Source: Leptogorgia sarmentosa | Taxonomy: Eukaryota | Direction of reading: 5' to 3' | DNA length: 64,000 nt | NCBI GenBank assembly: GCA_964658305.1 | Contig: OZ210884.1 | Location: 7,874,001-7,938,000 of the forward strand | Shown here: in pieces, positions 34,701 through 47,546 of the stretch | Layout of the letters: every line of letters starts with the position of its first letter | Numbering within the stretch: position 1 is the stretch's first letter | Notes under the pieces: model-generated | What the model was told of the DNA's origin: nothing | What the model saw: the letters and a program-made list of their open reading frames with translations, nothing else | The model's database searches: none | Translations under genes and position numbers: made by a program

Positions 34701-37700
34701 AACACATCATCTACGACGACTACGTCTAAAAGACTAAGCCTACCACTGAAAATATGTCACAACACATCATCTACGACAACTACGTCTAAAAGACTAAGCC
34801 TACGACTAAAAATATGTCACAACACATCATCTACGACAACTACGTCTAAAACACTAAGCCTACGACTAAAAATATGTCACAACACATCATCTACGACGAC
34901 TACGTCTAAAAGACTAAGCCTACAACTAAAAATATGTCACAACACATCATCTACGACAACTACGTCTAAAACACTAAGCCTACGACTAAAAATATTTCAC
35001 AACACATCATCTACGACGACTACGTCTAAAAGACTAAGCCTACCACTGAAAATATGTCACAACACATCATCTACGACGACTACGTCTAAAAGACTAAGCC
35101 TACGACTAAAAATATGTCACAACACATTATCTACGATGACTACGTCTAAAAGACTAAGCCTACGACTAAAAATATGTCACAACACATCATCTACGACGAC
35201 TACGTCTAAAAGACTAAGCCTATACGACTAAAAATATGTCACAACACATCATCTACGACAACTACGTCTAAAAGACTAAGCCTACGACTAAAAATATGTC
35301 ACAACACATCATCTACGACGACTACGTCTAAAAGACTAAGCCTACGACTAAAAATATGTCACAACACATCATCTACGACAACTACGTCTAAAAGACTAAG
35401 CCTACCACTAAAAATATGTCACAACACATCATCTACGACAACTACGTCTAAAAGACTAAGCCTACGACTAAAAATATGTCACAACACATCATCTACGACA
35501 ACTACGTCTAAAAGACTAAGCCTACCACTAAAAATATGTCACAACACATCATCTACACTACGTCTAAAACACTAAGCCTACGACTAAAAATATATCACAA
35601 CACATCATCTACGACGACTACGTCTAAAAGACTAAGCCTACCACTAAAAATATGTCACAACACATCATCTACACTACGTCTAAAACACTAAGCCTACGAC
35701 TAAAAATATGTCACAACACATCATCTACGACAACTACGTCTAAAAGACTAAGCCTACCACTAAAAATATGTCACAACACATCATCTACACTACGTCTAAA
35801 ACACTAAGCCTACGACTAAAAATATGTCACAACACATCATCTACGACAACTACGTCTAAAAGACTAAGCCTACAACTAAAAATATGTCACAACACATCAT
35901 CTACGACAACTACGTCTAAAAGACTAAGCCTACGACTAAAAATATGTCACAACACATCATCTACGACAACTACGTCTAAAAGACTAAGCCTACGACTAAA
36001 AATATGTCACAACACATCATCTACGACAACTACGTCTAAAAGACTAAGCCTACGACTAAAAATATGTCACAACACATCATCTACGACAACTACGTCTAAA
36101 AGACTAAGCCTATGACTAAAAATATGTCACAACACATCATCTACGACGACTACGTCTAAAAGACTAAGCCTACAACTAAAAATATGTCACAACACATCAT
36201 CTACGACAACTACGTCTAAAAGACTAAGCCTACGACTAAAAATATGTCACAACACATCATCTACGACGACTACGTCTAAAAGACTAAGCCTACAACTAAA
36301 AATATGTCACAACACATCATCTACGACAACTACGTCTAAAAGACTAAGCCTACGACTAAAAATATGTCACAACACATCATCTACGACGACTACGTCTAAA
36401 AGACTAAGCCTACGACTAAAAATATGTCACAACACATCATCTACGACAACTACGTCTAAAAGACTAAGCCTACAACTAAAAATATGTCACAACACATCAT
36501 CTACGACGACTACGTCTAAAAGACTAAGCCTACGACTAAAAATATGTCACAACACATCATCTACGACAACTACGTCTAAAAGACTAAGCCTACGACTAAA
36601 AATATGTCACAACACATCATCTACGACGACTACGTCTAAAAGACTAAGCCTACAACTAAAAATATGTCACAACACATCATCTACGACAACTACGTCTAAA
36701 AGACTAAGCCTACAACTAAAAATATGTCACAACACATCATCTACGACGACTACGTCTAAAAGACTAAGCCTACGACTAAAAATATGTCACAACACATCAT
36801 CTACGACAACTACGTCTAAAAGACTAAGCCTACGACTAAAAATATGTCACAACACATCATCTACGACGACTACGTCTAAAAGACTAAGCCTACAACTAAA
36901 AATATGTCACAACACATCATCTACGACAACTACGTCTAAAAGACTAAGCCTACGACTAAAAATATGTCACAACACATCATCTACGACGACTACGTCTAAA
37001 AGACTAAGCCTACGACTAAAAATATGTCACAACACATCATCTACGACGACTACGTCTAAAAGACTAAGCCTACGACTAAAAATATGTCACAACACATTAT
37101 CTACGATGACTACGTCTAAAAGACTAAGCCTACGACTAAAAATATGTCACAACACATCATCTACGACGACTACGTCTAAAAGACTAAGCCTACGACTAAA
37201 AATATGTCACAACACATCGTCTACACATCGTGAAACAGTCCTTGTCCCTTTTGGAAATCATTGGGAAATGAAATATTTTTAAATACTTTGCCATTGCACA
37301 TACTGGTAATACATATCAGTATTCAATTCTCTCGAATTTGGTGTAAAACGGCAATTACAACTTGAAATGCAGCTAAAAATTGAGGTTTGCTGCCAAAGAC
37401 TTTGTGGTACTTGTCCTCTTTATCACCATTCGCGTCATTTAGGTTAAAGGTTACACAGTAATGCGTGTTATATTCATGTTTAATCCACGTTGGAACATTG
37501 AAACAATGAAATAAAAAAGAAAACAAAATTGCCATTTACTACAACCAAACATCAACAGGATTTTTTTCCTCTGAGAATTTAGTTAAACTGCAAAGACCAG
37601 GATATGAATTTCTACTGACGTTTCTTTTCACAGAACTATGATACATCTGAGAGCAAGTTGCGTAGAGAGATGGAAATATATGGACCTGTCAAAACTGTAA

Positions 37701-40700
37701 GTTTGTTCAAAATCTGATTTTCGCGACAAAGCAATAAGAGGAATCTTCTCCATGTTCATGGGATGATTTTTTTCAAGTCGCGTGTTTTCTTGGCGAAATG
37801 TAGCTATTGAAAACCTGAAATCTTTTTGGCGTTCCTCACAAAATCATGTTGTTCTATGATTATTATCTCGACAAAAAAGTTGATAAGCTTCGAAACTTAG
37901 TATCAGGTTTGAGATTTAATTATATAGAGAAAAACATGTTAATGTTCATTTAGCGCAAGCAGAAAGTGGTTTTGAAGCAATAAGCGATTTCAAACGAACT
38001 CGAGACAGCGGGATTCTACTGTACCTATATCACAAATTTAAATTAATCATACCTTTAAAGGTGCCCTCCACTCATAATGTAAACAAATGCTTTGTTGACA
38101 TTTTGAACAGCTATATTTGTAAAATATGATAATACTAACAGCATATCTAACGCTATTTTGGTTTGCTATGGTCATAAATGGATATAAACCAGAGTTTTGA
38201 TTCAAAAAAAGTTCGGAACATTACAAAATTTTTGCAATGTTATATCTGCGGGTCCCGATTTGTTATGAGCAGAACCGATACGCAGAACGGAGTGGACATC
38301 ACCTTTAAAGAAGCCTTAGAATTCGAAATTTTTGTTTCGAGAAACTTGAGTTTTGATCGCAAGTTGCGTAACATAAAGAAAATAAGAAAATTATCCTCTT
38401 TTAAAATATGTACATTGATGTTTTTTAGATCATCATGGTTAACAACACTACGACGCAAAAACCACGTGGTTATGGTTTTGTTGAGTTTGAACATGAACGA
38501 GATATGCACTGTAAGTAAAGATTGGAATATAACAATAACTACAGTCTATTAACACAGGCTCATACACAGGAATCCTGTTGTTAAGAGACTGCTGGTTATA
38601 GTATCATAAGCAACTTCAATATGTGGCCAGTGTAGGCAGCGCATCAACAAGCAACAAAAGTTCTACTCACTACCTAACGATACAACGAGACTTGACGTTT
38701 TTGAGTGAAAGCCCTTCATCCGGACTTACAGCAGTGTCGGGGGTTGGGGAATAGCACGGGTATTTTGTACAAGTGAATATAATTGAAACACCGTTAAATT
38801 CACTTGTATAAAAACACGCATGCTCCTAACCAACCTCCGACGGTAATCCCCGATGAAGGGCCCTGCTTGAAAAGTTGAATCTTATTGTATCGTTCAGGTA
38901 GTGAGTTGAACTTGCCTTTGATGTTGTTATCCATTACCTACACTGGCACATATTGAAGTCTGTTACCGGTATATCTACGTGTATATATATCCTTAATCAT
39001 TTAAATGACCGTATATATAAATTATTATACATAGCATATTTCGTTAACGCAAAGCGCATTTTGAAGGGGTTTATATTTCTGTTTGGTCGGTGGTAAGTCT
39101 TCGTGTCGCGGTGCTCCATGTTTGGTAAGTTTGTGAACTATGGCGGTTTTGGTTTTCCGGTTTTACAATTTGCCTAAAAATGATCAATTTTTAACAATGC
39201 GAAATATAATCATTTCAATAAAATAATACTGCTATTATTAAATCTTGCAGTGAAAATACTATGAATGTTGAGCCAACTGTATGGCAACAGATGTTCACGC
39301 CAGTGGCCAACTTGATCGTTTATATTGTTTCATTTTAACCGGTGGGTATTTTGGTGGGTATAGGTTCGTATGACGTTCGGATAAAGCATTGAGCTACAAC
39401 GCAACATACAGAACACTCTTTCGCTGTGAGAATATCAACAAAAAGCAAGGTTCACTCGCGGCTCATACGATACAATAAGATTCGATGTTTCGAGCAAAGG
39501 CGCTTCGTCGGGAATTGCTGTGTGAATGATTGTCATTTACCAAGAAAATAATCGTTCTTGTGTATAATTCTTTAAAAAAAGTTTTCTAAATACGAGACTG
39601 GAAAATGACATTACCCAAATGAATTGATTCATGTCACACAATTATTTTGAAACGACAAAAATCTTTACCGAAGGTATGGTAGGAAGAGATCTACATAACA
39701 AAAAAGAAAAATTTCGTGCGCGTGCTAAAAGCTAGAATCGCAGTAAGTCTTTGAGGTTTCTATCGGAGCACAATGTGCAAGAAAAACCATTAATGACATA
39801 ATCCTTTCCAATTGCTTGTTGGCAATCACGTGACTTTTTGCCCAAATGACGGGCAATTGAACAACTTGTACACGATTTTTCTCAGTATTCAAGTGCTTGT
39901 AGCAAGATAAAATGACGTTAACAAGACTTAAAATGTCTCTAAATCTTAAAATGTCTCCAATGGATCTATTTTCGTCCTACTTGCCCGTCAACCTATCTAT
40001 GCTGTTTTGATCAACTAAAATGTAATACGCAGAGAATTTTTATCGGAGTGTTGCTGATCAATAATAAGCGCTGGTGCAAAATAATACTCATATATTTGAA
40101 AAACTTTATCGAAAGCGCCATTTTCATGTGCATGCGTGCGTAAATCAAGAACATGAAATTATCGCTTGTGTTAAAAATTATTGGAATGGCAACCGGTATC
40201 CTGGATGTTTAATTATTGGCAAACTTTGTAGTTGGTTCATTTTGTAAGTATATTAGACATGTAAGTATCTTCTTTGGAGAACGAGTTAGACGTGCGAATA
40301 CTTGTAAATTCATTTACAGTATGACAAACCGACCAGTTTCGTTGTATATTTTCATTGTTAATCGTATTCGTAAAAAAATATGGTATTTTGGACAAATCGA
40401 AGGACAATTTGAATTCCCACAAACTTCTTCAAACAACGTGTCTTCTTCTCAAGCATAAGTATGAATTCACTCTGAACGTGTTAAAAAATATTTATAAATA
40501 AGAAATGAAAATCCAGATGAAAATCCATGGATGTAACATGGGCAAAAGCATTGTTGGAAACTTCAATTATGAATGAGAGCGGGTACTACTACAATTAAAA
40601 AACATGCAACACCCATTTATGATATTTATTCTTAACATAGTTTATAGTCCATGGAGGAACATAATCACTACATGAGTAATAAAGTCATTCAGGTTTAAAA

Positions 40701-43700
40701 CCCATAGACAAATGCCGAAGAAAGAAACTTCGTGCTAAACTGTATTGCGATAATTTTCTCTCCAAGAGCAATCCAAAGTGGAGTGTTTGTAATATATGAT
40801 TATATAGTACAGTATTAAATGCAAAATTATTTTAGTACAGTATTAAATGCAAAATTATTTCTCGTGATTTGTTGCATCGAAATTTCATCAAACGTACCCC
40901 AAAATCGGTTATAGAATTTCTGGTGGTGGGTAGTGTAAGGGAAAGATTCCCAGAAATTTTCGTTTAAAGAAAGTATATCTGCGATAATCTGTTAGTAGTC
41001 TAATTAACTAGTCTGTTTAATTAGTAGTCTAATTAACTCGACTAATTATATCGACTATGATTCGATCGTAGTGTACTTTATCGGTGGTTTACAAGCGCAG
41101 GGATTACCATGGTGACCATTACTGCTGGTATAGGCAAAGCGAAAGAGTCTAATTGTCTATCTTGTAATTTTCAACCGGTGTCGCTTAATATTACGTGAAA
41201 ACTGGCAAAATTAGTGGGAAAAGCGTTTTTGGAACTTATTATATTGACATAGAAGAGTGGAATTTAGAACGATCTGCGATTCAATGTGCAGAGGGTATTT
41301 TCTAGGTATATATATTTTACTGTTTCATTTGGGCTGTTTGCACATGTAGTAAATGATACGAGATTAAATTCAGGTCGTAAATCCATAAAGGTAATGAAGC
41401 TGTAGGGAAAATGTTGGTCAATACCAATGCTTAGTAATCCTTGCACATTCTTAGTTATTTCATACTTTTTCAGCTGCCTACAAACACGCCGATGGCAAGA
41501 AGATTGATGGTCGACGTATTGTTGTGGATGTTGAACGAGGGAGAACAGTCAAGAATTGGAAGCCACGACGTTTGGGTAAGTTTTTTTTATGATAAAACTT
41601 CACATTTGTTCAAAGGATGAATATCCTTATCTAATAGATAGTGAATTCTGCTTGGCAAATATGCTTTGGAAAGCTTAAACACTTCATATGTTCACGATAT
41701 TAAACTCAACATTAAAATAGATAACTTGAATCTAAGCGATGCTAATAAAATGAACAATTTTAGGACGTTTGTATAAATTTGCTATGTCTTAGATAACTTT
41801 ATCAACCTTTTGTGCAACTGGCTCCTGGTTTTTAATTTGAATGACAAATGAATAATTAACAATTATTGGATGAGGTTTTTGTGATATGCGGAATTATCAG
41901 GGTCGAGGTAAGCGTTATCGCTTACCGAGACCTTGATAATTTTGCATATCACAAAAACCGAATTCAATAATTGTTTTATTATACATTTGAAGAATAATAA
42001 ACCAAGTATTAACGCATGAAAACACTGAAAACAGGCTCATTTTGTACCTAATTAGTTATCTGCTAGCAGATAACTAGATTTCCTGTGGGTTGCGTGATTG
42101 CGCGATTTAACTGTATGCTCTTAGCCAATCAGATTGCTTTTACCATCTACAATGTATAATAATGGTAATTATTTTTAGGTGGTGGTCTCGGTGGTACACG
42201 TAATGGCAGCAATGATGTGAATGTGAGACATTCGGGACGTGTGGAAAACTTCGAAAGGTATGTACAGTACACGAATTTTGGAGAACTTGTGTAGTAAGTA
42301 AATGTGTAAATCTTGTAAATAACTGCTGAAGTTAAATTTTATCAGCTGAATGTGTGTAGTTCTATGCGTAGTTGTTACGTTTAAGGCCTATTTAAACAAT
42401 GGATGTTGGATGAAAATTTTAGGCAAGCTTAAACTCAAGCCATTATCATCCAACATAGTGTTCAAACGAGGCCAACATGTTTCATCTAACGATGCTGGAT
42501 GATGTTGGACCAACATGTTGGCTTCGCTTGAACGGGCCTTTAGACAAAACAGTTTAGTTTGCTTTTCGTCGATAGTTCATAGATTTGTTTGATATTTTTT
42601 ACTTATCCACCAAAAAAATGCTCTTGCGTTGTAATCAGGGATCGCGAACGAGAAGAACGTGGTGCTGGCGGTGGAGATTATCGTGAGCGTGATCGTCAAA
42701 GACGTGATCGTGAACGGGACCGTGGCCGTGACAGGGGAGAACGTGATCGTGATCGGCGAAGAGATAGGGACCGTGAAGGACGTGATCGTGGTGAACGTGA
42801 TCGTGGTGAACGTGAGCGTGGTGAACGTGAACGAGGTGATCGTGAGCGTGGTGATCGTGAACGGGGTGAACGTGAGCGTGGTGAACGTGAGCGTGGTGAA
42901 CGTGAACGTGGAGAACGTGAGCGTGGTGAACGTGAGCGTGGTGAACGTGAGCGTGGTGAACGTGAGCGTGGTGAACGTGAGCGTGGTGAACGTGAGCGTG
43001 GTGAACGTGAACGCGGAGAACGTGACCGTGGCGATCGGGCTGATAGAGACAGGTACTCCTCATCCTTTGACTCTAAATCTTTAATTACCAACACCAGCTT
43101 GACTAATGATGTGTTAAAACGAGGAACGAGCGTTTCGCTCTTGTAAGCTAACGGACAACTGCAAACGATGACTTACCTTTCAAACATTATTTTAGGGACC
43201 GCGACCGTCGTCGTGATCGTGACAGTGATCGCAACCGTGAAGGTGAACGAGAACGTGAGGGCGAGCGTGAAACACGAGAGGGCCAGCGTGAAACACGCGA
43301 GGGCCAGCGTGAAACACGCGAGGGCCAGCGTGAAACACGCGAGGGCGAACGTGATGGAGGTCGTGACGTTGAAGCGCGAGAACGTGATGGTGAGAGACGT
43401 GAACGTGGGGAAGGAGAACGTGATAAATATCGTGATGATGGAGAACGTGAAAAATATCGTGATGATGGAGAACGTGAAAAATATCGTGATGATGGAGAAC
43501 GTGAAAAATATCGTGATGATGGAGAACGAGAAAAATATCGTGATGATGATCGCGAAGGAGAACGTGAAAAATATCGTGATGAGGGAGAACGTGAAAAATA
43601 TCGTGATGAGGGAGAACGTGAGAAATATCGTGACGGAGAGCGTGACCGTGATAGAGATCGTGACCGGGAGCGTGATCATTCTGATCGTGATCGTCGCGAT

Positions 43701-43874
43701 CGTTACAAACGTGAACGTGATGAAGATGACGAGCGCAATGGAGAGAGAAAGGATGATGAAATAAAGAAGATAAAGACAGAGGATGATCGTTATGGCGGCG
43801 GTTATGACACTTATGAAGGAAATATGAGGATGGAGAATCAGGTGATTAAACAGGAATCTGATGGATATTATTGA
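25735..43874 (+). CDS. SNRNP70: U1 snRNP 70 kDa protein (U1-70K), 10 coding exons
   Basis: Exons 25735-25878, 26213-26275 (GC donor), 26372-26426, 26843-26907, 37634-37696, 38429-38510, 41474-41575, 42179-42257, 42639-43052, 43196-43874 join in frame. [16 protein letters not shown] start; RRM with [53 protein letters not shown]-rich tail. Confidence 0.96.
27021..37225. repeat. 60-bp satellite, ~170 copies, inside SNRNP70 intron 4
   Basis: Unit ACGACTAAAAATATGTCACAACACATCATCTACGACRACTACGTCTAAAAGACTAAGCCT, with occasional 56-, 59-, 61- and 62-bp variants. Confidence 0.99.
38620..38960. mobile_element. Inverted pair of a dispersed repeat with Penelope-like end motifs
   Basis: 38620-38725 is inversely similar to 38850-38960. 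Related pieces at ~25322, 39470, 44315, 53005 and 61125. Motif CYGAYGAAG...GAAA(C) is followed by ttgtatcgt. Confidence 0.5.
41860..42165. repeat. Non-autonomous repeat with a terminal hairpin; related to 18340-18625
   Basis: Hairpin aacaattattggatgagg...ttcaataattgtt, followed by a ccaatca motif and an AT-rich tail. Confidence 0.5.
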
Positions 43875-46664
43875 ACAGCAGTGCAGCCGTCACATGGGAT
43901 AAAGAACCTACAATTTGAAAGATATGGAAATGGAGTTTGTTAACAATTACCGATGTTAATAGTAATTGAATGCCGTTTTATAACTGAGAAGTATTTTAGC
44001 GCTTAGTGTCAGCTTTTATAGGAAACTGCAGCTTATATATGGCGTGCTTGGCAAAAAATGTGATAGACAGGCCATTTAGAATCGTCTCTATGCATTTGAA
44101 ATTGATAATAGTGCGTTGACGCGCTACGAGTTGTCAGTTATGACACAGATTGGATTGAGTGGGATGTCTGGTTAAAATATGTCCAATCTGTCCAATCGAA
44201 TACGAGTAGTATAGCTAACAACTTGTATCGTTTAATCTTGATGCTGTGAAAACGTGAAGAAACGATTACTTTTTATATTGATAGTGTAAATATGTTTGCT
44301 GATTCTTTAGTAAGAGGCCAGTGTAGGTAAAGGAAAATGACGTCAAAACAACTCTACCCTGCAAGAGAAATGAGAAATCGACATTCCGAGAAAAACCCTT
44401 CATTGGGAATTATTGGAGGGCGACGTATGGTTACGGGAATTCTCGGAAAGTATAATTCTTATTTTTCAAGTAGCAGCTCACATTTTGAGTTTTTTGGTTT
44501 AGTTTTTGTTTAAACGTTCAGATTGCCAACGAAATTACATACGGTACTTGCAAAATACGTGTAGAAACAGTAGGATCAATTTCTGTAATAGTTATAGATA
44601 CCATACAATATTACCTAACTGTAACTTCTCACACGTATGCTAATAAAATTACGATCTTGGTACTTGGAATGAGCTCCATTTCTTTCGCGAAGCAAACCTG
44701 GGACAAATCACTGCTCGAAGAGGTTTGACTTTAGGATAGGTTACTATTCTGTTGTTACTCCTACTGTGTCGTTACAAACAGCAACAATGAAGTATAATTC
44801 ATGCTGTTTTGATAAGGTTTGGCCATTCACTCTTCCCAGTTTAGTGACGTTTGAAGGGGTGTATTATACAGGGTATCCCAAAAAACCGTCAAAGCACTGA
44901 AATGAACCTATTGCTTGAATTTGAATGCCACGAGTGCCCGAAAGACTGACGTAACTGTCATAATTATGGTAATAAGAAGATGGTAAAATTCCCACGAACA
45001 AAACGTGCACTTTACAAGGGAACACAGTGTTTATAAATCGTCCTCTTGAAAATTTACGCATGTTTGCGTTCAGTTAGTGCTAGAGCATTGTTTTAATTCA
45101 AACAATACGTTGTTTCGATGTTTTTGGGGGGTTTTGTTGGGACACAAAAAGAACATATTGAAACTTATATGTGAAATCAGGTTTTAGAAAAACAAAGTCG
45201 AACCCACTTAATGCAAATTGATTTTGGTGAGGCTGTCTGTGTAAACAGAAGGGGTTTAGATGTTTACTTTGTATGTCGAAACCAATGTGATTAATCATTC
45301 ATTTGTATTGCAAAAATGTACTTTATTTACCAACTACTTGCATCAAATACAATGATATATGACCATTGCTCATAAACCACGACACCGAGGGAGGGTATTG
45401 CATTTATCCTGAATATCCATCATGAGAAACAAGTGATTGTAAGAAAATGAGAAGGCAACAAATGAATGGGTATGTAAAAGTATGTGACTTAGATGAACGA
45501 AAATATTTGGTTTAATTTTCAACTGTGCAAGTAATCCTTGTTTACTCGGCACATAAATGCCTGTGAAATCCTGTCCGGTTGTAATGTTTTAGCACCGTGG
45601 AGTTTAACTTTGTGTTGCACAATGTTGAATAAAAAGCATTTATTTTAGACACTTCTTTACATTTTACAGTAGGAACCTTCAGTACGTACTATGGCAACGG
45701 CAACGGGACAACGACTGCTTAAACAAACTCTCTAAATCAAATAACATTAAAATAACTTTCCATAAAAATTGTTGTTCATTGCCGTTGCATGAATGCAACG
45801 AAATGTTCAAACATACGGATTGGTAGTTTAAAACCCTTCAACTCTCCACTATACGTCCGTTTGCCTTGGATCATTTTCCGTTGCTTAAAACGCTGGCGTC
45901 GTATTCAAGAAAGACCTTTAGTTTTGATAGTTTGCCAATGACGTCCAGGGAATGTTGACAGGGTGGGTTGGGATTAGCCCCCTAACTGACCCTTCCACCG
46001 TAGCTGTGCTCCTTGATCAGACATGAGTCATAAGGTGGCTGCCAGAGGCGCCCTTAGTAAGCCTTCAACTCGATCAGGTTGAGCTGCGTCCTTCGTAATT
46101 CAGCTTAGCTCTCAGCTGCAAGTAAGGATGATTAGCACACATCACTTACTTACTTACTTTTTTCACTCGTCGCATGCAACGAGAATAAAGTTAGCATAAA
46201 GTTAGCATGGCCATATTAGGCTGTCTTGGAGCCTACATAAGACTTAATGTTTGAACAGCTGGATGTGAATGGACAAAAACCTGCAAAGTGTACATAGCTT
46301 TCTTTTTATAGCCTAATCTTTCTTAGCCCAATAACGTCATATTCATTGTCCCGTTCTTAACGGTATTTATTCATAAAGGTAGGTTTCTGGACCCACACCT
46401 TATAGATCCTACTGATTAATTGTTGCCGATTCAAATATGTAGAAATTCAGTGCCAGATAAAACGATTAGTTTAACTAATTATACTGGCCCTGGTTGTTGT
46501 CTCACATGTGCATTACGGATGTGCATATGCTAACAGTTTAGCTGGTGTGGCATTATCTGTCGCTAATGTCTGATAATGTTATGTAATTTCTAGGAACCAC
46601 GAAGCTGATAAGTTCCATGATTTATAATAATGTAGAAACGCAATAGGATTGTTCAACTGGACAA

Positions 46665-47546
46665 ATGAGTTTTGAGAAAGATGGAAGCAACTGTCCTTCT
46701 CGGAACGGCATCGCACAATCAAGACGAGAAACAACGCTGTACTTATGCAAGGCTGATATATTTCTTCAAAGAACCCAGATACCAACAACCCGAAAGTGTC
46801 TGGAGAAAATTTTCAGCCATATCGATCCAGGTTGGAAATTTATCAGAATTCGAGACAACAAATGCTCCCCCCTGAATACAACGGATAAACAGTTCACGAC
46901 AGACAGTCGAGCGGACAATGAGGAGACTAGTGTTCAGGCTCTCAGTGTGATCCTCTTCATGAATGAGGAGCAATACCAGGAGGTACTGGGAACTATTCAT
47001 TCCGAAACTGATGTTTGGCAATTACGTCATACTATTAAACTACTAAACGGCATTGATGGCTCCACGGTGATTGGCTGCATGAATTTTTATGAATATTCTC
47101 AGGATTTGCCACTTTGTGCAATTTCTCCAATACATTTCGGCAGCAAAGTTTTGAGATTCAATATTTTTGTAAAGGATTTTGAAACGATGAGAGAATATTA
47201 TGAAAAGCTAATATTGCAGCAATGTCATTTTGTACGAAAGGGGTTTGGTATCTTTCAAGTACATTCCTACCCAGGCCTAGAAGTTCAAATTTCTTTAAAA
47301 AGTGAACTAAGGACGGAACTGCGTCCCACAAAGTCAGCAGTACTGCGCTTAAAATTTAGAAAACTTGATGTAGCACGGTGTAATTCGGTTTCTACCCTTG
47401 AGGAAGTTAATCCTCGAGTGTGGCGTACCAAGGACCCAGAAGGCAATGTTATACTACTTGAGGAGATTGGGACCGAGTCACGTGGGAAAATAACGAAGCG
47501 TCGCTCCAAATCTGAAGCCACTAAGGACGAACTGGTGTTTGTGTAA
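46665..47546 (+). CDS. FAM124: FAM124 family protein, intronless, 293 aa
   Basis: Family motifs ALSVILF, W-x-x-x-HT, PLCAISPIHFG, LRFNIF, EVQISLK, WRTKDPEGNVILL. Confidence 0.85.
   Translation: MSFEKDGSNCPSRNGIAQSRRETTLYLCKADIFLQRTQIPTTRKCLEKIFSHIDPGWKFIRIRDNKCSPLNTTDKQFTTDSRADNEETSVQALSVILFMNEEQYQEVLGTIHSETDVWQLRHTIKLLNGIDGSTVIGCMNFYEYSQDLPLCAISPIHFGSKVLRFNIFVKDFETMREYYEKLILQQCHFVRKGFGIFQVHSYPGLEVQISLKSELRTELRPTKSAVLRLKFRKLDVARCNSVSTLEEVNPRVWRTKDPEGNVILLEEIGTESRGKITKRRSKSEATKDELVFV

Noticed and set aside
27006..36115. Long ORFs ([20 protein letters not shown])n in the satellite
   Set aside because: A by-product of a 60-bp unit with one stop-free frame. They are repeatedly broken by indels and lie inside an SNRNP70 intron.
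27021..37225. CRISPR-like appearance of the regular array
   Set aside because: No unique spacers; the units are contiguous and near-identical, and the context is eukaryotic with no cas genes.
42696..43094. Antisense ORF reading (RSRSP)n, like an SR protein
   Set aside because: An automatic consequence of reverse-complementing RGERE codons. It has a TTG start, no RRM and no independent gene structure.
43171..43178. ACTTACCT, identical to the U1 snRNA 5' end, in SNRNP70 intron 9
   Set aside because: A single 8-mer with no other U1 snRNA sequence; compatible with chance.
43168..43764. Alternative-frame ORFs (NIVMMENVK)n and antisense (FFTFSIITI)n
   Set aside because: Shadow frames of the repetitive last SNRNP70 exon.
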